A stretch of 64,000 nt of DNA, from NCBI GenBank assembly GCA_030704615.1, contig CM060732.1:12214001-12278000 (forward strand). Direction: 5' to 3'. Below are positions 25,846 to 37,670 of this stretch, piece by piece. The first letter of the stretch is position 1; each line of letters begins with the position of its first letter. The position numbers were made by a program, and so were the translations under genes. A model generated the notes under the pieces. The model saw only the letters and a program-made list of their open reading frames with translations. It was not told the origin of the DNA and did not search any database. Source of the DNA: Takakia lepidozioides. Taxonomy: Eukaryota > Plantae > Bryophyta.

Positions 25846-28800
25846 ATGGCAAAAAACCCGAGCGCTATAGTGTACTGCCCTCCTCACGAGCATAGAGCTA
25901 CATTTCTGTGCAGTGGGGAGATCTGCCGGGTGATGGAGAAATATCTTTGCGTTCGATACCACTTGAAACCGGGGTCGGTATTTTTGGAGGGAGAAATGAA
26001 GGATTCAAACGGAGTTGTAGTCGAAAGTATTGTTGTGCTCCACGATGATTTTGGCGACGGCAGGGAATGGCGAGTTCCACCATCGGACAACGTCATATAC
26101 AGGGCTGTTGGGGACTTCATTTGCCCGCCAAATGCACCTTCTATCCTGGCGCCTTCCACGAAACAATCCGCGAATCAGAGAGTGGGTACCTCAAAGAGAG
26201 AAGTCCGCAACGAAGTAAATCCAGAGCCGAACCCATCAATGAAGACGAGCGAGAACCGGGTTGTTCACAACTTGTCCGACTCAGACGAGGTCATGGAAGT
26301 TCCGAGATCATCCTGGAGATCAGGCAAGTCCTCAATGGACATCAGCGGACAAGGGAGTCATATTCCCAGCACAAGCACAACAGTTCGATCCATTCTTGAA
26401 ATTTTGCGAGGGCTTCACATGGAGGGACACCGCTCGGAGCTGGCTAGGCTGGACTACAGCAAGTTTGCAATTAAATCCATTACATGCCTTCCCCTAGACG
26501 TCGACGGTAATATCTTCTTTGAGTTCCCTCCTCGAACGGACTATTCGAGGGCGTCCGGAATGTTGATAGATATGGATAGGAAATTTGATGGTCATCCTTG
26601 GTGCGTCACCAAAACCACCAGCATGAAGATGCTCGATGGTGTGCGGGTGCGCTACATTGTTCGTGCGGGCGCGTTGCGGTGTTTCTTTCCAACTCGCTTC
26701 CACTTTAAATCCAGAGGTCATAGGATCGAGACGGATTGGATAGGCACAACTCATCAACCATTTCGAGCTCAGGAGAATGTTCCGAACTCCACATTTAAGT
26801 GTGCGCATTGCAAAGAACCACCACATTGCATGTCTGTTTGTAATGCCAAGCAGTTCTATGTGTTGCACCGTTTCCCTGACCTCACACGAGCTTGCATACA
26901 CGTTGGTTCCCATTGTCACAAATTGGCGAGGGGGAACTCGTGGGAGGTTGCCCACGAGGCAGAGCAGCTCGTTCAGGAGGAGGTTAAGTTGAGACCTGGT
27001 GCCAAACCCAAACAGGATACAGTTGCAGGCCGCCCATAAGATGGCATTAGCCAGAATTATATCGGAAGACGGCTCCGACAGAGTTCCTCTCGATGAGAAG
27101 GAAATGGAGGCATTGCTGGAGTCAGTGTCCCACGTCTGTTCACCGAATGTCCGAAACCACATTGTCTCCTGCAAACAGAAAATTGGCCGTGGCTCGGATA
27201 TGCACTCCATTCTCGAGGTGAAGCAACGATGTGGATATGACTACATTCATGGAAGTAGGTTTCCAGGACAAGGGACTGAGGCAGATCTTTGTTTCATATT
27301 CAAAATGTCCACGTGTGGGCCTGGCAGCGGCGTCGAACTGGTCGACCGGATGACGAGTGGGGACTTGTCAAACAGTTGGGTCATGTTCGACCATATCAAG
27401 CGAATTACAAATCACCAGTGGGTGACAATGGGTGCACATGTCTATGACACCCACTGTAGGATGCTAATGACAATTGTTATTTGTGAGATGAAAGGAGAGG
27501 ACACACAATCGGAGATGCTTCTTTGGCAGGGAATAAACGAACAGATGGCCAGGACGGGATTGCCCCCTCCCAATTTTCGTGGTTTCATGGTAGACAACGC
27601 ACAAGCAAATTGGGCTGCCATCCGAAGGGTGTACGGGGAAGACCCCAACGTTCCGATGGAAGGCAAGGAGAGATCTTATGGGTCCCATTTTCTGTAGAGC
27701 TTGTCGCAGTACACAACCAGGCTCGTGGCGCCAGATTTCAGAGAGGAGCACCGTTCCATGTGTCTTGCGTGGAAGCGTGCTCCCACCTTGGATGATGCAG
27801 AGACACAGTTTGCATGTATACGGGCTTGGTGGACAACGTCAGGTGCTATAAAGAAATCAGACGAGGGAGCAATGTCAGTTGGCTAGCATGGTGGCATTAT
27901 CGTTTCCTCCAGTTCGGCGACTATATGCGGGAGGTGAGTTGGACGAATTTGCGTCCCGTTGAATATTATGCTAGTCATTATTTGTAACTTGCTTGTAACC
28001 TCAACATGTGCATGTGCAGGAAATGTGTCTCGACTCCGACACTGACATGCCGACAACAAACATGGCCGAATCGGTACATTCTTTCTGGCGTGCCTCCTCT
28101 GCGGCGCATCTGGTGGACATCCTCACTGCCACAACGGAGGACATTGTGAGGTCAATTATGCAGCAATGCAGGTACAACGAGTTCTTAAAAGGGAAACAGT
28201 GGGGCTTGGGGCCGGACAGGCAGGAAATGCTGATGTGGACTGCCTCCAGATCGAAGAATCCTCGGAAGTGGGCGGCAGCCTTGCGAGAGGGCCTTCGGGA
28301 CACGCCATTGCTTGGAAGAGGCCAACACTTGGAAGGAGATGTTCACACCCGTCCAGTGAGACGAAGACTTGACAAGGCACCTGGCGGAGAAGAGGATTCA
28401 TGGCGAGCTGACAAGAATATTCGCATGCTCCCTCGTGGTCCCGTGATGTTGCCCGAGGAGGTCTCATTGAGCACCGCAAGTCCTGCACGTTCAAGACCGC
28501 CATCTCCTTTGAGCACAGGGCACGTGCTCGACGAACATAACGAGCCATCTGTAGTAACGCAATACAACATACCCATTGTGGAGACAAGAGTGTCGGAGTC
28601 ACAGTGGAGAATTGCAAGGACATTGTCGGCATTTCAAGGAAGGTGTTGCGCCATCCGGGTGGATACGAGAGCACGCTGTGGTGAGATGATTCGGAGGAAC
28701 CCACACGGTGCTGTACCTGCACCTTGTTTCAGCGGCAGATTTTTGACTCCCACATTTTCTCACGCCACAACGCAGACGTTTTGGTTCTGTAGGCACGACA

Positions 28801-29438
28801 TAATGACCTGTGTATTTGGCAAGCCCAAGTACGGGATTTAGGGAATGCCGGAGCCTCCGGGCGTCTGGCCTGTTGCACTGGGTTGCAACCTCTCTCAGAA
28901 TGAGGCGGATGCTCTTTCTGCAGCAGGATTTCGAATGGTGCAATGCATAGACGTCCCGACCCACTCATTTCCAGTTCCTCAGACCCAGCCATTGCAGAGT
29001 GCTCAGTCCAATAGAGACAGATTGGACAATTCTGCACATCCCACAATGCGATTCGGAAGAGTGAAGAGACGACACCCTCCCAACAAGTTGAATGAGACTC
29101 GGATTGCCAATGCTCTTGGGATGGCTTGCACTATTCAGAGCTCCGTGGACATACCCCCACCCGGCCTTGGGCGTGTTTATCGGATGGCAACAGCCGGCTC
29201 AGCTGTACGCGACGACGTATACACAATTACGATTGGAGTGGAGCCGACTTGCAATTGTACGGACTTCTCGTTGATGGAAGCAAAGAAGGGGTCAAAGTAT
29301 TATCCGTGCAAGCATCTGTATTACATTTACCTGAAGAGGTTGAGGATGAACTTGACTATTGATGACTTTATTCATGCACCAACGTTGAGCGTGAACGAGC
29401 TGCACAAACTCCTCCGCCGGGATTCCAGAAATCATTGA
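25846..29438 (+). pseudogene. Mutator/MULE transposase A: WRKY-GCM1-like Zn finger, DDE core, extra Cys cluster, SWIM finger
   Basis: DGHPWCVTKTT...CAHC...C...HVGSHCH; VMFDHIK; GFMVDNAQANW; ERSYGSHFL*SL (CxxH position); TTNMAESVH (catalytic E); SWIM PTCNCTDF...PCKHLYY. Intron ~27934-28019, frameshifts at ~27005 and ~27880. Confidence 0.85.
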
Positions 29439-29699
29439 TGGGGCAAAGGGAATCCACCATATGGATATTTGCAATTGCATTTTGATGCATTAGACTTTGT
29501 TTTGCAGTGTAATGAAATGCACCCCAAAACTCCTGGAATGAGATAGACAATATTAAAGTGATGTCTTTTAAACACTATGGACTGCTGGATATTCGTTGAC
29601 GTCCAGTGGTAACTCAATGTCGAAACAGAATCAATACAAAGATGGCGGCAGGAAAAATTTGCAAATCTTCCAGAAAACTGAACAATTGCAGTTGTGGGG

Positions 29700-30110
29700 G
29701 CCATTTCTGGAAAAATGGCGCCGAATTTCCCTATTTTGGGCCGAAAACTGGCTAAGTCCCAACATGTACGGGAACGATGTCTGGAAAAATGGCGCCGAAT
29801 TTCCAGTTACATGGCCCAGAACTGCCCAACATCTGTGCAATTCCCGGCACCATGTACCGAAATTCGGCGCCACATTTCCAGTTACATGGCCCAGAACTGC
29901 CCAACATCTGTGCAATTCCCGGCACCATGTACCGAAATTCGGCGCCACATTTCCAAATTTTGGGCTTACACTTCAATCATGTTGGGACCTAGAGCCGCGA
30001 AATTCGGCACCATTTTTCGCCGGAGACACCTATTACCGCGAAATACGTCGCAGATTTCTCCAGTTACGGAACCTATTACCGCAAAATTCGGCGCCATTTT
30101 TGCAGATGTC
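29700..30110. repeat. Subterminal GGAAATTCGGCGCC-type motifs including a 75-bp tandem duplication
   Basis: Same core motif as 23640-24460, in both orientations. 29801-29955 is two copies of a 75-bp unit. Confidence 0.85.
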
Positions 30111-30408
30111 GCTCGGAATTCGCATGAGCGGAAGACGAAATATCATGAGCATGGCTCTCAAAACTACAATTTCTACTTCAAACAATGAATATTATATTGG
30201 GGTTTTTTTTTTTCCCTTGACATTTTTCATTAAAATAATGTTTTTAATGTTTTTTATTTCCAGAATTTGTACTTCTGCTCATGAAAACCGATTGTCTTAC
30301 TACTCCACTCATGCGGCTCATGCTCATGAAATAGCTAACCTCCAACGCAAGGTTGATTCGAGTAAGAAAAACATAACCATGAAACACCGCACTCAAGAAA
30401 CATGATAC

Positions 30409-33210
30409 CTATACAAGACTCGCTTCATAGCTTGCTCGCTGTTGTACTGATTCTTGAACTCATTCGACCCGGAAATGCCTTTGTCTCTTTCAAACTCCTT
30501 GAATAAACAATTGTTCCATATTGCATCTTTCCATCTCCGAATGTATTGCTCAAGAGAGATTTTGGGTGTTGCCATGGTGATTTTGTAGTCAGTCATGGAC
30601 TCTCCCAGTGCTGCCATAGCACGCTTCTCCAGCTACCCCAACAAGGTGAATGTGAGGCTATGGAGGTAAACAACACGGAATTACTGGAAAAATACAAACT
30701 GCCAGAAGGAATTGGTGGTTTCTCTCACCTGGCTCCAGAATGTAGCTTTGTGAAGCCATTGGTCGAAGGAGTGGTCGCTCACCACTTTTATCACATTGGT
30801 TTTGGGGTCTTTCTCTGTTCTTGGAAACCCATACGTGTCCTTCACCAGAGGATCCGAGTTCCAAATCTCCAGCCATCTGATTTTGGTTGCGGTGTCCACC
30901 ATTGAAATGGACAGGCGATGCAATTTCTCTTGAGTCATTTCGGGTTTAGTTCCATACTTGTCGTAGTGCACTTTCACCTGCTCCAGGAACTCTGAGCCGA
31001 GACCTGGATCTACAATGCGGATTTGTTTGTCAAACGCACTCAGCAGGTTCATTCTGTGGTTATCCATCTCAAACCTGATTGCTTCCGCCACCCCTACAGT
31101 AGACCTCTCCTCCTCTGCGTGAGTGGCGTAGTATTCGGCCTTCGCCTTCAAGCCTGTCTCCGCTATCTCTTGCTGCAAACAATCCAAAATGTAGGATCCT
31201 TAAATTCACATCATTTGAATAGAAGGAACAAACTAGCCTGGATTTAAATTCGGTTTCGGTTTCTTTACCGTGTACATGTACTCAAGAAATGCCTCTCTTG
31301 TCAGGCTATACCAGGTGACGAGCTTCTTCGCCCTGCATCTCTTCATTTGACTTGGACTCAACACGTTCGCAAACGATTCTAGTGACATCATACCGATCTT
31401 CTGGACCCGGAAAAGGGTGTGGCAGAGGTTGGTTGTTACATGGGAGGTTTTGTTTGATCTGCATTGGACAGTCACTTTGCCATTTAAGAAGAAAACAAAC
31501 ACAAACAGAGCATGGCAATCACATAATGCACAACAACTTCGGAAAACTTACTTGTTGATGTCGTGCATGGCAGTCAGCAGTTATGTGATTCGTCCTTTGT
31601 GATCCAGGACCATAGAATGAACGCTCTAGTGCCACTCCTTTTCGTCAGAGTGCAATTCGGATATGTAGTCCATCCAGGCAAGCAAGCGGTGATTGCCATC
31701 CCACACAAAAAACATCTTCCCCATGAAAACTTTCGTGGACGCCTTCTTCGATAGTTTGGCCTCGAATTCCCTGTTTTCTTCACGCCAACATGGATCCCAA
31801 TTTTGCTCAATCTCTTCTGATACAGGGCACTCTTCTCCCTTCGTGTCAGTTGTGGAAACATAGAACACCACAGAGCCCTTGCAACGGTGGGAATGGAGGC
31901 AAAGAGAGACATTGACATGACTCCCAAACTACCTTGCGTCAACGCAAGGTTGTTTTGTGAGCTTCAAACGTTCAAAAAAGTAGATCAAAACGACACTGGA
32001 CTGTAGCCCAAATCAACATTGCGTTGACGCAAGGTTGTTTGTGGGGCTTGCAACGGTGGGAATGGAGGCAAAGAGAGACATTGACAGGACTCCCAAACTA
32101 CCTTGCGTCAACGCAAGGTTGTTTTGTGAGCTTCAAACATTTAAAAAAAGTATAACAAAACAACACTGGACTCTCACCCAAATCAACCTTGTGTTGACGC
32201 AGGGTTGTTTCGTGGGCTTGAAACGGTGGGAGTGAAGGCAAAGAGAGACATTGACAGGACTCTCAAAACAACCTTGCGTCAACACAAGGTTGTTTTGTGA
32301 GCTTCAAACGTTCAAAAAAAGTAAAACAATGACACTCAAGTTGGGCCGAAATCAACCTTGTGTTGACGCAAGGTTGATTCTTGGGCATGCAAGTGTGGGA
32401 ACGGCAACAAAAACAAGCATTGACATGACTTCCAAACAACCTTGCGTCAACGCAAGGTTGTTTTGCGGGCTTCAATACTTGGTGAATATCATTCAAAGGG
32501 CACTCCATTCAACCATGCGGCACTCCATTCAAAGGGCACTCCATTTTGGGTGTCTGTATCTGTCACCTGAATCAACCTTGTGTTGATGCAAGGTTGATTG
32601 AGGGGTTGCACTTATTGTCCATCATTCATGACTTGGGCATTCCCGCTAGCAGCAAATCGACCTTGCGTTGACGCAAGGTTGATTGGGATCTACCATACAG
32701 ACTGAATCACTACTGTCGTTGAAAAACTAAGGCAAATGGAATGACAAACATACCTCGGCTTGCTTCTTCGCAGCGCTTGAAGATGCTTCTCCCGCCTGAC
32801 TCGTCTCCTTCACTTTGTGTGGGAGGACAGGTCCCAGAAGATCGGGCTGGTGGGTGACCAAACCACGAACTTCGTCCGGCGGTGTCTCTTCCATTATGCG
32901 GACTACTTGAGACTGTTGTTGCAGGCGGGTCCCTGCGTCCTCCTCTCCGCCCTCAAAAGATTGTAGCTAGCTGGGCTCCTCTTGCACCGCGCCTAAACCC
33001 TCTGGAGACTGCCGCGCAACTGCTCCTTTGGCCTCTCCTCTCCGGCCTCTCCCTCCCCTGTGTCCTCCCCCAACATGAGTTCCTTTTGGATCTTTTTCAT
33101 TCTCTCCTTCGCCCGTAATCTTTGTTTGTTAGATGTGAAGTACAGAGTTCGGCGGCGTCTTCTTCTAGCTCGAGAGGGAGTCTCGCTATCGACAGGATCC
33201 AGGATTGCAA
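30409..33210 (-). pseudogene. Spliced gene with a ParB/Sulfiredoxin-like N-terminal domain, 3'-truncated
   Basis: MFFVWDGNHRLLAW (DGNHR at 31686-31700) matches the ParB/Srx DGxHR motif. GT-AG exons ~31875-31552, 31458-31269, 31172-30729 and 30632-30409 splice in frame, with one stop at 31626. A low-complexity first exon lies at ~32754-33210. Confidence 0.7.
31877..32690. repeat. Array of 20-bp palindromes ACCTTGCGT(CA/TG)ACGCAAGGT at 84-86 bp spacing (~170-bp unit)
   Basis: Copies at 31931, 32016, 32100, 32186, 32271, 32355, 32439, 32575 and 32660, with a half-site at 30343. Confidence 0.92.
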
Positions 33211-33818
33211 CTAGCGAGGAAAAAAGTGGTGCGAGAAAGAGGGAGTGCACTTGCCTCTCCGCCGCCCCTACAACGCCAAGATGCCAGCTTCGTAGAGAAG
33301 CGGCGGGGTGGCGTGGAGCATCTGCATGCAAGACACGTCGTCCCTTGGCGGTTCAGAGTCGCGCTAAAATAAGGTTGTATAAAATTGGCGTACGCGCCTA
33401 CTATCATCAACCGTACACAAGTGGAATTTTTGGTTGTCACTTCAGTGGTGGTGTCTTCTCCACATCCCCTAATCATTCGAAATCTTGACGGGCAAAACAA
33501 TTTCATCCTAGCTACTTTTCATCTTCAGTTATGACACATCACAACTTAAGATAGAATGAACGGGTGGCTGGACGGCTGGTATCTGTAAAAAACCGTTGGA
33601 TACAGGCAGTTAATGGTTACATAGGATACCTTGTCAGTTAGGTAATGTGGCATAGTGAAATGAAAACTGCTCATCCTGCTAGCCGTGCATCGGCGGTGAC
33701 ATTCCTGTCTGGGCCCTTCGAGCATGTTGTTTGATGCTATTCACAGACGTACGGATCGTTGCTCCAGTGCTGGCACACTTTGCTGGACACTGTACCCGTA
33801 CTCTCCTTTGCTTTGCGA

Positions 33819-35841
33819 ATGGCTCTCATAGGTGAGTTGGTAAAATTCTACTGTGCTTACAAATCGCTCCCCCTCACCAAAGTGCATGACACCAATGGAA
33901 TGGCAACCCTGGGGGAGGATGTCCTCTGTAGAAGCTTGGATCTACAAGCTGGAACTGTGCATGTGGAGAAAGAAGTGCACGACTCCGCCGTTAGGGTCGA
34001 GATGATTCTGGAGCCATTCGTGTGCGATGACTGTATTAGACAATGGAGAGTTTCAGCGGGCACGTACCGCGTGCACGGGGATCAACGACGATGGTCTGCA
34101 TGTTCAACACTCACACCAGGAACTGCCGCTTCGGTGGCTCCGGCCTTCACACCTGCTCCAATTAAAAAAGAGGACACCAGCACTTCGACAGCTTTTCTCG
34201 ATCTCTCGAAAAGCTCGGGTGACGACGACATCTCCGAGATTCCACCACCTCCAACACACCTATCTTCTGTCGAAGAATCAGATGTGCAAGAAATAGGCAG
34301 TGTCGTTCCAAAGTTGCAGTCTATGAAAGGCTTGCCAAACTGCAGAAGTGACATGTGTGGAATTGTATGGGGGACAATTGATATTGTACGAGCAAAATAC
34401 CTTCCCGCAGAATTTGATGGAGATGTGGTTTTTGAGCTGCCACCTCCGACGTCCTATGGAGGTTTGGCGGGACTCATGCAAGGGATGGACAAGAAGCACG
34501 ACGGACACCCTTGGTGTCGAACTAAGACAACCAACATACATAACCCTCATGGCTTGTCTTTCCGTAGATCAGTCTGTGTTGGACACCTCCATTGTGGAAA
34601 TGAAGTCTGCAACTGCCTGTCATTGAGAGGTTCCCCAAACGAGACAGAGTGGGAGGGTTGCGCGGATAACCCATTCGAAGTGGGGTGCCCACCTCCTAAA
34701 AACACGACGTTGCTCTGCAAATATTGCAAAACGGCCCCAATATGCATTGGCACATGCAAGGCCCGCATGTACTATGTGCTCCATCGTTCTCGCAGCCTGA
34801 CCCGAGCTTGTGTTCATCTCGGCAATCATACCCACCCCGTATCGAAAGGAGATTGTCGGGAAAGTCTTGAAACAATTCGGGGACTTCTACGGCATGAGGT
34901 GCAGAATGCTCCTTATGCACCGCCATCTGCAATTGCACTTTCTGCAAGCAAGAGCGTCTTGCAAAAACACATTCTAGGAGGAGTGGAAGAGAACATTTTG
35001 AAACTGGATGGTGAAAAATTGGACGTCGTTACGGACTATTTCTCGACCCTTAGTTCGCCCAATGTACGCAACCAAATCAACGCACTGAGAATGGGGACAG
35101 GGAGCAGAGGTTATGTGGATAGCATCCTGGAATTGAAGCGGAGAAGCATGTACGACTTCATTCAAGATAATGCCTTTCCTGGTCAGGGGTCGTTGAAAGT
35201 GTTCTTATTCAAGATATCCACAGTTGCGGAGGGAAGTGGAGTTAGCTTGGTCCGCAGAATGCAGCCCGGTGGCGATCTCCAGAAATCCTGGCTCATGTTT
35301 GATCACGTGAAATGTGTGAAGGGCTAGGCAACCATGGCTGCTCATGTGTACGATCCTTCTTACCAAAGAGTTATGACGATTGCAGTGTGTGACATGCAAT
35401 CCGAAGACACTGAGCCTCAAATCCTAATGTGGAAGTCCCTTGTGAAAGTCATGAGAAACAATGGTGTCCCAGATCCGAACTTTCATGGATTTATGGCCGA
35501 CAGCACGCAGGCAAATTGGAATGTAGTCCGGTCTGTTTTTGGAAGTGGTGATCCAAAAATACCCATGGGCAGGGAGCGCACTTGCCTATTCCATTGGACG
35601 CAGTCCCTCCGAAGGCACATCAAGAGTTGCATAAAACCAGAGTTGCAGGAGGAACACATGAGACTCTGCCAGCTGTGTAAAGATGCAACAAGCGAGATCG
35701 AAGCAAACTCCTTATACCAAACTATTCGGGCATGGTGGTACTCCTCCAATGCAGCAAGTCAGGATGGCCTCAAAGAACTTGACGACTGGATGGGATTCTG
35801 GCACTTCAGATACAAATAGTGGGGGGGGTTTCATGACAAGA
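33819..35841 (+). pseudogene. Mutator/MULE transposase B (GCM-like Zn finger and DDE core; 3' exon with E and SWIM missing)
   Basis: FDGDVVFELPP, MDKKHDGHPWCRTKTT, CVGHLHC, CKYC..C..HLGNHTHP, LMFDHVK, GFMADSTQANW, ERTCLFHW, WHFRY. Stops at 35325 and 35817. Splice donor at ~35842 is at the same position as the intron in transposase A. Confidence 0.88.
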
Positions 35842-36527
35842 GTAAGGTCCCTTCCTAATCTCCGAGGCTTGCATGAGTTCAATTTACGCTATTACCCCTG
35901 TTGACGTGTTTATATGGAAAAAGCTTCATGCTGTTTGATGGCAACACTTTCTTGACTAAGAAGCCATCTCCTACCCCACGTCATGAATGGCAATGTTTTG
36001 TACGCTTTCTCCAATCTAATTTCGACCATGCTTTCTGAATTTACTTCAGTCTTACATGGACCTTCACTAATGGCATTGTTTATATGACATGTATACTGTT
36101 TCGAACAAAAGGTACGTGAGGGAAATTCATACCACTTCGAAGCAGTGGATGATGGCCTACTTCATTCAACATCGTTCAAGTTCTTTCACCCCAAATGTCA
36201 TTGCTCTCATCCATTGTACATTCATCCGTATTTTGACGTCCGACATTCATCCTACATTCATCCATTCCACATACCCATTCATCCGTACGGATTTCGTCTC
36301 GCACTACTCTCAAATTTCTATTCGTGTCTTGCGTATGTTGCCCTCAGTACCCTAAACGTTGTCCCCACGGCAATAGGTTCTGCTTTTCCCACGGCTATAG
36401 GTTCCGCTTTCATTCTATGCTCACGCTTAAGAAATGTGCTTACACTTAGAAAATCTGCTCACGCTTAACGAAGTCTGCTCATGCTTAGTCCGCTAAGCGT
36501 GAGCGCGCTCACGTGCTAGCTTCCCTC

Positions 36528-37670
36528 GTTCGATTGATATCATATTAGTCCGGGACCTGTGAGAGAGTGTCTCGAACGTACTGACAAAGTTTGGAAGCAA
36601 ACAAAAATGATTTGGATGGGCAAACATCCGTTCACCCGTTGAATGTATTCTGTTGGATCTGCTATTATTTTGGGACCTGTTGGACTGCGTTTCGCGTGCT
36701 CATGATTTTTTTTCCATTCCATTTTTTAATGGGGCGTGTAATGACTCTATATGCAACGTGCGTGCCAAATTTGGGAGCGAACAAAATTCATTTGGACCCA
36801 AAACCACTGTTTTTTTCCCTGTTTTGCACTCCAAACTTGATTTGTGTTCTACTTCATGCACTCTTCATAGAGAGTTTTGCAATAGTGAGCGAAGAGAACA
36901 CTTTTTTTTTGGGACATTTTTTATTGGTCCAAATTTTGGCAGGGGAGTAACGGTGGGATGCTTGAAGCCGCAGAACAAAATTGAGCCAAAAACAAAATCG
37001 ATACGTGCCAGAAACCCCCAATGAAAGGCAGTGCAAACCTATTTATTGGCTTAAAATTAATTTAAATTCAATTAAATTCTGGAATGGCTTGAGGGGTGAG
37101 CGCGTCGATGGGGAGGCAAATGATTTATTTGTCTGTTGTGTCTCCGCACATGTGTCGCACACATGCGGACAAAAGAGGGGCTTTAACCACATCCGTTCAA
37201 TGGATGCAATAGCCGTGCACGCATTGCAGGATTTATTTTTCGCAATGAACAAAAACAAGATGACAAGTGAACGCCTCATTGGCCCATCAAACGAATTTTG
37301 ATTGATCTCATATTACACTGGGACCTATCAGATGGTACATTGAACACACTGGCCAAATCTCAAAGCAAACGAAAATCATTTGGATAGACAACCATCCGTT
37401 GGCCCATTGAACGAATTTCGATTGATCTCATATTACTCTGGGGCCTCTTATATGGTACATTGAACATACTGGCCAAGTCTCAAAGTGAACCAAAATCATT
37501 TCGATGACCAACCATCCGTTGAGCCATCGAATGAATTTCGATTGATCTCATATTAGTCCGGGACCTGCTACATGGTATGTTGAACATAGTGGCAAAGATT
37601 GAAAGCAAACGAAAATCATTTGGATGGGCAACCATTCAATCGCCCATTGAATAAATGGGGTTTCGTGAGA
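36528..37670. repeat. Higher-order repeat copy 2 (circularly permuted relative to copy 1)
   Basis: 36530-37320 aligns with 19520-20313, and 37300-37660 aligns with 19280-19640. Confidence 0.9.

Larger units (their letters stand above)
20314..30342. mobile_element. Mutator-like element A (left end not found): MTase-like cargo gene (-), repeat array, small ORF, GCM-MULE-SWIM transposase (+)
   Basis: MULE transposase present. GGAAATTCGGCGCC repeats flank it on both sides. Right terminus GCTCATGAAATAGCTAACCTC (30322-30342) matches the other family termini. Confidence 0.65.
30343..36527. mobile_element. Mutator-like element B (left part missing): ParB-like cargo gene (-) and MULE transposase (+)
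   Basis: Right terminus GCTCACGTGCTAGCTTCCCTC (36507-36527), preceded by GCTCACGCTTA repeats, abuts the higher-order repeat. Its transposase is homologous to that of element A. Confidence 0.7.

Noticed and set aside
29596-30405. 269-aa ORF
   Set aside because: Runs through subterminal repeats and an AT-rich terminus, with no protein-like features.
31877-32690. CRISPR-like appearance (palindromic repeats at regular spacing)
   Set aside because: The spacers are themselves repeated, there are no cas genes, and the context is eukaryotic. The same applies to 16222-16690.
19280-37670. LTR pair of a retrotransposon
   Set aside because: The copies are circularly permuted, with no TG..CA ends, PBS/PPT or gag-pol between them.
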